DNA of 54,445 bases from the NCBI GenBank assembly GCA_018064725.1, contig JAGHUQ010000072.1:1-54445 (forward strand). The letters run 5' to 3'. Of the stretch, positions 47,255 through 54,445 are shown one piece after another. The notes under the pieces are model-generated. The model had not been told where the DNA came from and searched no databases. It worked only from the letters and a program-made list of their open reading frames with translations. Position 1 is the stretch's first letter; each line of letters opens with the position of its first letter. This DNA comes from Candidatus Cryptobacteroides caccocaballi (GTDB taxonomy: Bacteria; Bacteroidota; Bacteroidia; Bacteroidales; UBA932). The translations under genes and the position numbers were made by a program.

Positions 47255-47779
47255 CTACCAGTTTGCGACGGATGCGTTGAAGATGTCCTCGACGAGCTTG
47301 TCTATGATTTCCTCGCACAGACTTCCTTCGACGGCGTCGAGTGAGTTGGTCGCGTCGAAATCTGCGTATGCGGAGAATGATTTCTCGAAATCGTCCTCAG
47401 GATATTTCCTGTTGACGAAATTGATCTTTGCCGTGACGGTGAGCCTGTTCTGGGCAGCGACTTCGTTTGATGTCACGGATGATGCCTTTACGTCGTAGCC
47501 GGTAATCTCTCCCGTTATCTCAAGGTCTCCGTCGATCTCGACCTCCTCGAGCTTGGTGAGCTTCTTGAACTTGTCCTTCATGGCCTCGGTGATGTCGTTG
47601 CTCAACGATGGGTTCACTCTGAGGGCCTTGTATTCGAAGTAGTTGATGGTCACGGTCTTCACGTCTGCCTGAATGGATGTTCCCGTGAAGGAATACTTCA
47701 CGAATCCGCACGAGCGCACGATCATCGCAGCCGTTACCAGCGCGATTGCTGCCGCCATGTATCTCACGAGTCCTTTCAT
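47255..47779 (-). CDS. lptE: LptE-family lipoprotein
   Basis: Lipobox VRSC, YSFTGTSI, DGDLEITGEITGY, NRLTVT, LVEDIFNASVANW. Confidence 0.8.
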   Translation of the reverse strand: MKGLVRYMAAAIALVTAAMIVRSCGFVKYSFTGTSIQADVKTVTINYFEYKALRVNPSLSNDITEAMKDKFKKLTKLEEVEIDGDLEITGEITGYDVKASSVTSNEVAAQNRLTVTAKINFVNRKYPEDDFEKSFSAYADFDATNSLDAVEGSLCEEIIDKLVEDIFNASVANW

Positions 47780-48993
47780 GCCTGCTTGCCCTCCATCGCC
47801 TTGATTTTCCTGTAAAGTGTCCTCTCGGAGATTCCGAGTGCCTTGGCTGCATCCTTGCGGCTGCCGTATTTCTCGAGCGCCTTCTTGATCAGGTCGTCGT
47901 TTACGTCATGCAGCGAGAGAGGGAGCACCTCGCTTTCTGTCTCGGGCTCGTCGAATACCTGCTCGTCGGGTGCGAGCACATCTTCTTCCCACTGCGGGAG
48001 GCTCTCTGGTCTGCGCGGATGCTGAGGGGCCTGGGCGCCGTTGCCGTACACGGCCTCCTTGAGGCTGTCCACGTCCTGCTTGAGCTGGTAGAGGGCCTTG
48101 ATGAGCATCTCTTTCTCGTCCTGGGTGAAACTCTCTCCGTCGTTGCTTCGGGTGGAGACTGCAGGAAGGGAGCTTGGTGCGTCCTTGGGAATGTATTTCG
48201 ACAGGGTGAATGCGTCAATCTCTACGCGTTCGGTCCCGGGAGTCATCTTTACTGACTCGAGAGCCGATACGGTTTCTGCCACATTCTTGAGCTGACGGAT
48301 GTTGCCTGGCCATCGGTAGCTCTTCAGGAGAGCGACAGCGTCTTCGCTGAGGCGCACGTTGGCGCGGGTGTACTTGTATGAGAAGTCGGATGCGAATTTC
48401 CTGAACAGCAGATGGATGTCGTCCTTTCTGTCTCGGAGCGCCGGCATCATCACCGGTACTGCGCAGAGCCTGTAGTAGAGGTCTTCGCGGAACTTGCCCT
48501 TGGATACTGCGTACATCAGGTTGACGTTGGTCGCCGCGACTACGCGCACGTCGGTCTTGAGGACCTTTGACGATCCGACCCTGATAAATTCTCCGGACTG
48601 GAGCACGCGCAGGAGCTTGGCCTGCGAGGAGAGAGGAAGTTCTCCGATCTCGTCGAGGAAGAGAGTGCCTCCGTTTGCTTCCTCGAAATAGCCTCGACGC
48701 ATCTCAGTGGCTCCGGTGAATGACCCTTTCTCATGGCCGAAGAGCTCCGAGTCTATGGTGCCCTCCGGTATGGCTCCGCAGTTCACTGCGAAATATTTGC
48801 CTGTCTTTCGAAGGCTGTGCTGGTGTATGATGTTCGGAATCGTTTCCTTTCCCACACCGCTCTCTCCGCTGATGAGCACAGGGAGGTCGGTCGGCGCGAC
48901 TGCGACAGCTATCTCCAACGCCCTGTTGAGCGCCGGATCATTGCCGATTATGTCGAATCGGTTCTTAAGTGATATTAGTTCTTTTTCAGTCAT
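47776..48993 (-). CDS. Sigma-54-dependent transcriptional activator (AAA+ and Fis HTH, no sensor domain)
   Basis: GESGVGKE, NCGAIP, SELFGHEKGSFTGA, LFLDEIGE, FREDLYYRL, WPGNIRQL, LGISERTLYRK. Confidence 0.92.
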   Translation of the reverse strand: MTEKELISLKNRFDIIGNDPALNRALEIAVAVAPTDLPVLISGESGVGKETIPNIIHQHSLRKTGKYFAVNCGAIPEGTIDSELFGHEKGSFTGATEMRRGYFEEANGGTLFLDEIGELPLSSQAKLLRVLQSGEFIRVGSSKVLKTDVRVVAATNVNLMYAVSKGKFREDLYYRLCAVPVMMPALRDRKDDIHLLFRKFASDFSYKYTRANVRLSEDAVALLKSYRWPGNIRQLKNVAETVSALESVKMTPGTERVEIDAFTLSKYIPKDAPSSLPAVSTRSNDGESFTQDEKEMLIKALYQLKQDVDSLKEAVYGNGAQAPQHPRRPESLPQWEEDVLAPDEQVFDEPETESEVLPLSLHDVNDDLIKKALEKYGSRKDAAKALGISERTLYRKIKAMEGKQA

Positions 48994-49117
48994 GCTACCG
49001 CAAAGTTACAATAAATCGGACAATTGCTGAAAAATTATGTTATATTTGCGTCGCGTGCGCTTTCTCTTTGCGCGCGTCTGACCGGAACGATTAAAACCAA
49101 ATTTTATTTAAACACAC

Positions 49118-50755
49118 ATGAAAAAGAATTTCAAAGTTTTCGCTGCTGCCGTTCTCGGTATCTTCTCAGTGGCTTGTAGCTCACTCGACAAGATGGCAGA
49201 GATGGCAGAGAACGTTAATGTTACCTGCAACCCTGCAGTTCTCGAGGTTGTGGCCGGCGTTATCCAGGCTGATGTCACTGTGACCTATCCTGCAGAGTAT
49301 TTCAACAAGAAGGCTATCGTTGAGGTTACTCCTGTAATCGTATTCGACGGTGGTGAGTCAAAGATGGCTCCTTTCACTTTCCAGGGAGAGAAGGTTGAGG
49401 ATAACTACGAGGTTTGCTCATACGACGGTGGTACTATCACCAAGCATGTTCGTTTCCCTTATGTTGAGGGTATGGAGAATTGCCACCTCGAGCTTCGCGG
49501 TGTCGCTACCAACAGGACTCAGGAGATCGAGCTTCCTTCAAAGAAGGTTGCTGACGGTGCAAACACTACCTACATGCTCGTATGCAAGGGTGGCGTTGCA
49601 GAGCTCAAGGCTGACGGCTATCAGGATGTCATCCCTATGACTGCTGAGGGTCAGATCCTTTACTCTATCAACAGCTCTGACGTCGCAAGCAAGGAGCTCA
49701 CCAGTGCTTCAATCAAGAATTTCCAGGATGCAGTCAACGAGATCAACGCTAACGAGCGCAAGACTCTCGTAGGTACTGAGGTCGTTGCTTACGCTTCACC
49801 TGATGGTGGTGCTGAGCTCAACAGCAAGCTCTCAGGCAACCGTGCAAAGTCAGCTGAGAAGGCTTGGGGTAAGGTTACCAAGAAGCTCGACGTCGCTGAC
49901 CCTACCGTTTCAAGCGTCGGTCAGGACTGGGAAGGTTTCCAGGAGCTCGTAGCTGCATCTGACATCGAGGACAAGGATCTCATCATCCGCGTTCTTTCAA
50001 TGTACAGCGATGCTGCTGTCCGTGAGCAGGAGATCAAGAACATGTCTGCAGTCTACACTACCCTCGCAAAGGAGGTTCTTCCTGAGCTCCGTCGCGCAAG
50101 GTTCATCGCAAATGTAGAGTATCAGAACTACACTTCTGAGGAGCTCAGCAAGCTCGTTGACGAGAACATCGACGTTCTTGACGAGGCTGCTCTCCTCCGC
50201 GCTGCAACTCTCGCAGAGAAGTCAAAGGATAAGATCGCTATCTACGACAAGGCTATCTCTAAGTACAACAGCAAGACCGCTCAGTACAACAAGGCTGTCG
50301 TTTACGTTAATGATGGTGACTATCGCAAGGCAGAGAATGCAATCAAGGGTCTTGATGAGGACGCTGACGTTCTCAACATCAAGGGTATCATCGCTCTCAA
50401 CGACGGTAACCTCGCTGCTGCCGGTCAGGCATTCAATGCTGCAGGTACCGACGCTGCCAAGGAGAACCTCGCTGTTGCTGAGATCCTCGGTGGCAAGTAT
50501 GAGTCTGCTGCTGCACGCCTCGCTGGTAAGGAAGGCTGCAACGCTGCTCTCGCACAGATCCTCGTAGGCAACCTCGCTGCTGCTGAGAAGGCTCTCACTT
50601 GCAACTGCCCTAAGTCTAACTACCTCCGTGCTGTCATCGCTGCCCGTCAGGGTAAGGCTGAGGCTGTGAAGACTAACCTCGACAAGGCTACCAAGGAGAG
50701 CAAGGAGCTTGCTCGCCGTGCTGAGACCGATATCGAGTTCGCACAGTACAGGTAA
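49118..50755 (+). CDS. TPR lipoprotein with OmpA-like domain
   Basis: Lipobox SVAC; YASPDGG..NSKLSGNRA OmpA-like motif; QDWEGF..PELRR; C-terminal TPRs. Confidence 0.8.
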   Translation: MKKNFKVFAAAVLGIFSVACSSLDKMAEMAENVNVTCNPAVLEVVAGVIQADVTVTYPAEYFNKKAIVEVTPVIVFDGGESKMAPFTFQGEKVEDNYEVCSYDGGTITKHVRFPYVEGMENCHLELRGVATNRTQEIELPSKKVADGANTTYMLVCKGGVAELKADGYQDVIPMTAEGQILYSINSSDVASKELTSASIKNFQDAVNEINANERKTLVGTEVVAYASPDGGAELNSKLSGNRAKSAEKAWGKVTKKLDVADPTVSSVGQDWEGFQELVAASDIEDKDLIIRVLSMYSDAAVREQEIKNMSAVYTTLAKEVLPELRRARFIANVEYQNYTSEELSKLVDENIDVLDEAALLRAATLAEKSKDKIAIYDKAISKYNSKTAQYNKAVVYVNDGDYRKAENAIKGLDEDADVLNIKGIIALNDGNLAAAGQAFNAAGTDAAKENLAVAEILGGKYESAAARLAGKEGCNAALAQILVGNLAAAEKALTCNCPKSNYLRAVIAARQGKAEAVKTNLDKATKESKELARRAETDIEFAQYR

Positions 50756-50788
50756 TCGACTCTGTCCCGCACTTGTTGCGGACGATAT

Positions 50789-50826
50789 AAAAGGCTGATC
50801 CTCATGGGTCAGCCTTTTTATTTTTT
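50789..50826 (+). terminator. Intrinsic terminator
   Basis: AAAAGGCTGATCC-tcat-GGGTCAGCCTTTT followed by a T-run. Confidence 0.85.
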
Positions 50827-50860
50827 CCTCTATCCGGTGGATTGCGCCCATTCTGGTCGA

Positions 50861-50901
50861 CTGACAAAATGGCAGAAAATGGCCATTGGACTCTCTTTTG
50901 C
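50861..50901 (+). promoter_or_regulatory. Imperfect palindrome plus sigma-54-like -24/-12 promoter upstream of clpB
   Basis: CTGACAAAATGGCAG (50861-50875); TGGACTCTCTTTTGC with GG(50888-9)-N10-GC(50900-1). Confidence 0.45.
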
Positions 50902-50943
50902 CCTATAGGAGTCGAACCTGCACTTGAGCAGGTGGGTAATTTT

Positions 50944-52995
50944 ATGCAGAACAAATATGAGAATCTTGAAAAGTTTGCGGTGAACCTCAACGAAAGAGCG
51001 AGGGCAGGCAAGCTGGATCCGGTCATCGGACGTGATGACGAGATCCGAAGGGTCCTTCAGATCCTTAGCCGAAGGACCAAGAACAACCCGATTCTCGTCG
51101 GAGAGCCGGGTGTGGGAAAGACTGCGATTTCTGAAGGAATCGCACAGAAGATAGTGGATGGACTGGTTCCTGAAAATCTTAAATCCAAGACTATATATTC
51201 ATTGGATCTTGGCGCGCTTATCGCCGGTGCCAAGTATCAGGGCGAGTTCGAGGAGAGGCTCAAGGGCGTCGTGAAGGAAGTCGTGGACAGCGAGGGCGAG
51301 ATCATCCTCTTCATCGATGAGATACATACCCTCGTGGGTGCCGGACGTACCAGCGGTGCGATGGATGCCTCTAATATATTGAAGCCCGCGCTCGCGCGTG
51401 GAGAGTTGCGTACGATTGGTTCAACCACCCTCGACGAGTATCAGAAGTACTTCGAGGAGGATAAGGCCTTGGAGCGTCGTTTCCAGATGGTCCTCGTTGA
51501 TGAACCGTCTGCGGCGGAATCTATCTCCATCATGCGTGGATTGAAGGAGAAGTATGAGAACCACCACAAGGTCCGCATCGAGGACGATGCTCTTATCGCT
51601 GCGGTCGAGCTTTCTACGAGGTATATCACCAACCGATATCTGCCGGATAAGGCTATCGACCTTGTCGATGAGGCGGCATCAAAGCTTCGCCTGGAGATGA
51701 ACTCTGTGCCGGAGCCTATCGATGAGCTCAATTCGAGGATCCGTCAGCTAGAGATCGAGCGCGAGGCTATCAAGCGCGAGGGCGTCTCTTTGAAAATGGA
51801 GAAGATCGAGGCGGAACTGAAGGAGCTTGGCGAACAGAAGGATGTCCTCATGAAGAAGTGGAAGGAGGAGAAGGACATCGTGGAAGGTCTCCAGAATGCC
51901 CGTCAGAAGATGGAGGATTACCGCATCGCCGCTCACAACGCGGAGGTCGCCGGCGATTACGGCAAGGTCGCTGAGATACGCTACGGCAAGATGCAGGAGG
52001 CCCAGAATACCATCGACGAGCTCACAGAGAAGCAGGCCCATATAGAGAATCCTATCATCACCGAGGCCGTCACTCCGGAGGATATCGCAGAGGTCGTGGC
52101 AAAGTGGACAGGTATTCCTGTGAACAAGATGCTTGAGAGTGAGAAGGACAAGCTCCTGAGGATGGAAGAAGAGCTCCATAAGAGGGTCATCGGTCAGGAT
52201 AAGGCCATACAGGCCGTCTCAGACGCTGTCAGGCGTTCACGTGCCGGACTCCAGAACGAGAAGCGTCCTATAGGCTCATTCCTCTTCCTCGGTACTACCG
52301 GTGTAGGTAAGACTGAGCTTGCAAAGGCGCTCGCGGAGTTCCTGTTCAATGATGAGAACATGATCACACGTATCGATATGAGCGAATACCAGGAGAGGCA
52401 CAGCGTCAGCCGTCTCGTCGGAGCGCCTCCGGGATATGTCGGTTATGACGAGGGCGGTCAGCTGACCGAGGCCGTAAGGCGTAAGCCGTACTCGGTGATT
52501 TTGCTCGATGAGATCGAGAAGGCCCATCCGGACGTATTCAACATTCTTCTCCAGGTCCTCGATGACGGCAGGCTTACCGACAATAAGGGACGTACTGCAG
52601 ATTTCAAGAACACCATCCTCATCATGACGTCGAACCTCAAGGAGGAGGAACTTCGTGTTGCGATGAGACCGGAATTCCTGAACCGTATCGACGAGATTGT
52701 AACCTTCAGCCAGCTTACCAAGCAGGACATCAAGGACATCCTCCGTCTCCAGGAGGCCATCCTTGCCCGCAAGTTGGAGGAGAAGGGCGTCAGAATCGTA
52801 TTTACCGACGGTTTCGACGAGTACATGAGCGACAAGGGCTATGAGCCGGAGTTCGGTGCACGACCTGTCAAGAGGGTGCTTCAGCGTGAGCTGATCAACC
52901 AGCTTGCTACGGCAATTCTCGAAGGTACCGTGCGACGTGATTCTGACATCATAGTCGACAATGTCGACGGCCGGATCGAAATCCGTAATGCGTAG
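50944..52995 (+). CDS. clpB: ClpB disaggregase lacking the N-terminal Clp-repeat domain
   Basis: [28 protein letters not shown], long coiled-coil M-domain, [32 protein letters not shown]; start at ATG 50944. Confidence 0.92.
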   Translation: MQNKYENLEKFAVNLNERARAGKLDPVIGRDDEIRRVLQILSRRTKNNPILVGEPGVGKTAISEGIAQKIVDGLVPENLKSKTIYSLDLGALIAGAKYQGEFEERLKGVVKEVVDSEGEIILFIDEIHTLVGAGRTSGAMDASNILKPALARGELRTIGSTTLDEYQKYFEEDKALERRFQMVLVDEPSAAESISIMRGLKEKYENHHKVRIEDDALIAAVELSTRYITNRYLPDKAIDLVDEAASKLRLEMNSVPEPIDELNSRIRQLEIEREAIKREGVSLKMEKIEAELKELGEQKDVLMKKWKEEKDIVEGLQNARQKMEDYRIAAHNAEVAGDYGKVAEIRYGKMQEAQNTIDELTEKQAHIENPIITEAVTPEDIAEVVAKWTGIPVNKMLESEKDKLLRMEEELHKRVIGQDKAIQAVSDAVRRSRAGLQNEKRPIGSFLFLGTTGVGKTELAKALAEFLFNDENMITRIDMSEYQERHSVSRLVGAPPGYVGYDEGGQLTEAVRRKPYSVILLDEIEKAHPDVFNILLQVLDDGRLTDNKGRTADFKNTILIMTSNLKEEELRVAMRPEFLNRIDEIVTFSQLTKQDIKDILRLQEAILARKLEEKGVRIVFTDGFDEYMSDKGYEPEFGARPVKRVLQRELINQLATAILEGTVRRDSDIIVDNVDGRIEIRNA

Positions 52996-53000
52996 CTTTT

Positions 53001-53191
53001 ACTTGCCGGCATGGCTCAATTAGGTCGTCTCGCATTCGCGAGACCCCTTTCTTCCGCTTTGCGGAATTCATTCCCTCTTACAATGCCGAGGTCGCGAGGG
53101 TGTTTACAGCAAGCATTTTTATGCTTGCGGCCCGAGCAGCAGGACTTTAGTCCGCCGGAAGCATGGACCATTTTGAGCCATGCCGGCAAGT
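53001..53191. mobile_element. 191-bp element with terminal inverted repeats (MITE/REP-like or structured RNA)
   Basis: ACTTGCCGGCATGGCTCAA (53001-53019) / TTGAGCCATGCCGGCAAGT (53173-53191) perfect 19-bp IR enclosing four short hairpins. Confidence 0.6.
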
Positions 53192-53199
53192 TATGACAC

Positions 53200-53236
53200 A
53201 GACGGCGACTTCCGGGAAGGAGGCCGCCGTCTTTTA
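53200..53236. terminator. Terminator between clpB and the S46 peptidase
   Basis: AGACGGCGACTTCC-gggaa-GGAGGCCGCCGTCT-TTT. Confidence 0.75.
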
Positions 53237-53251
53237 TTATTGTATGAGGAA

Positions 53252-54445
53252 TCAGTCGAGCGCGAGCTCGCTGAGGATACGGTCGAAGTGATGGGCGCGG
53301 AGGATGAATACGACATAGCGTATGTCCACGCAGACACACTTGTTGTAGCCCGGGGTATAGTATACGTCCGATGCCAGAGACTCCTTGTTCCCGTCGAAAG
53401 CGAGGCCGACAAGCTGTCCCTCGGCGTTCAGCACCGCGCTGCCGGAATTACCTCCGGTGATGTCGTTGTCCGTGATGAAATTCACCGTGCCATCGTATGT
53501 TCCGACTATCTCCTTCCATTCAGGCTTGAGGCTGAAGTCATAGTCCTCAGGGTCATACTTCTCGAGTATGCCCTTTGAGGTCGATGCCCATGAGCATACG
53601 ACAGCGTCGAAAGGTTCTATTCCACCGACGGTACCGTAGGTGAGCCTCATGCTGGAGTTCGCATCCGGGTACTGCGGGATGCCTTTCTCCTCGCGCATCT
53701 GGTACAGGGCCTTGGTATATTCATGGCCAAGCTCCGTGCGGTTAGGAGTAGGGTCCAGGGACACTTCTATCTTGTTTAGCTCGCTCATCTCGAGACTCGT
53801 GTAGAATTCGTATACCGGATCGTCGGAGATGCTTGCGTCAGAATCCGCAAACGCCTTGATCTTATCCTTGCTTTCGAATAGGCTCGCGGCCCAGGTGTCG
53901 TTGCACATGGATTCGTAGTCGTTTCCATACTGCTGCCTGAGTGCAGTGTGGAACTCGCTCCAGTACTTGCTGTCCACGTTCTCGAAGAAGAGTCTGAGAC
54001 TGCTTCTGTAGATGTCCTTTTCCACTCGCAGATCGAGCTCTTCAATATCGGAAACAAGTCTGTTCTTGGCATTCTTAAGGTTCGAATGCAGCCTGATGCA
54101 GACTATGCCGAGTCGGGACGAGCGTATCAGGGTCTCCCTTGCGTAAGTCTCTGACTTGAGGAAGCCGTCCAGAGAAGACCATTTCCTATCAAGCTCCGAG
54201 AGCAGTTCACCCCATTTTTCCTTGCGGACCGGATCTGCGACAATCCATGCCTGAAGTTCTTCGTCAGCTTTGCGCATCTTCTCTACGACCTCGAACCTGT
54301 TGCAGCACTCAACCTCTCCTTCCTCGAACTCCTGGACGTTGCTGAGGCTGAAGAACCAGTCAGAATAAAGGAGCCTTGTCTGAGGGTCTGTGTCCATCCT
54401 CCTCTTGGTTATGTCCATGTTGGCCTTTCTGACGATGGATGCTGC
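53252..54445 (-). CDS. S46-family dipeptidyl peptidase (DPP7-like), 5'-partial
   Basis: YPDANSSMRLTYG, DNDITGGNSGS catalytic Ser motif, GLAFDGN (Gly at S1 as in DPP7, not Arg as in DPP11); frame stays open to the window edge. Confidence 0.9.
   Translation of the reverse strand, partial: AASIVRKANMDITKRRMDTDPQTRLLYSDWFFSLSNVQEFEEGEVECCNRFEVVEKMRKADEELQAWIVADPVRKEKWGELLSELDRKWSSLDGFLKSETYARETLIRSSRLGIVCIRLHSNLKNAKNRLVSDIEELDLRVEKDIYRSSLRLFFENVDSKYWSEFHTALRQQYGNDYESMCNDTWAASLFESKDKIKAFADSDASISDDPVYEFYTSLEMSELNKIEVSLDPTPNRTELGHEYTKALYQMREEKGIPQYPDANSSMRLTYGTVGGIEPFDAVVCSWASTSKGILEKYDPEDYDFSLKPEWKEIVGTYDGTVNFITDNDITGGNSGSAVLNAEGQLVGLAFDGNKESLASDVYYTPGYNKCVCVDIRYVVFILRAHHFDRILSELALD

Noticed and set aside
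49018-49045. dif-like XerD arm TTATGTTATAT
   Set aside because: No plausible XerC arm; explained by the overlapping TATATTTG promoter box; parS sites indicate origin, not terminus
50842-50943. Longer clpB start from the ORF track
   Set aside because: The 34 extra residues do not resemble Clp_N and overlap the promoter region
53011-53578. Short ORFs overlapping the inverted-repeat element
   Set aside because: No transposase motifs; they cross a terminator and the S46 gene

Overview
Housekeeping region of a Bacteroidales (Bacteroidota) chromosome, judged from the gene set, TAnnTTTG promoter boxes and Bacteroidota-type operons. It holds about 38 CDS and tRNA-Ser(GCT), with no transposase, integrase, prophage or CRISPR. 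It appears to span the replication origin. A cluster of TTATCAACA-like boxes sits in the mfd-ruvB gap (~9.44-9.73 kb), where gene orientation flips, and two identical parS palindromes (TGTTCCACGTGGAACT) lie in and just after mnmG. The best candidates for undescribed biology are: (i) an intact ThiL homologue that has lost almost all catalytic motifs, head-to-head with an EEP-family protein carrying GCFN instead of GDFN; (ii) an unannotated 25-aa hydrophobic peptide gene with its own promoter, upstream 21-bp-period direct repeats, structured 3' tail and terminator; (iii) a 191-bp element with 19-bp perfect terminal inverted repeats and nested hairpins after clpB; (iv) a ClpB lacking its N-domain behind a sigma54-like promoter, near a sensor-less sigma54 activator; (v) a non-SusC TonB-dependent receptor cassette with a stand-alone plug-like protein. 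All calls come from reading motifs by eye; no searches were run.
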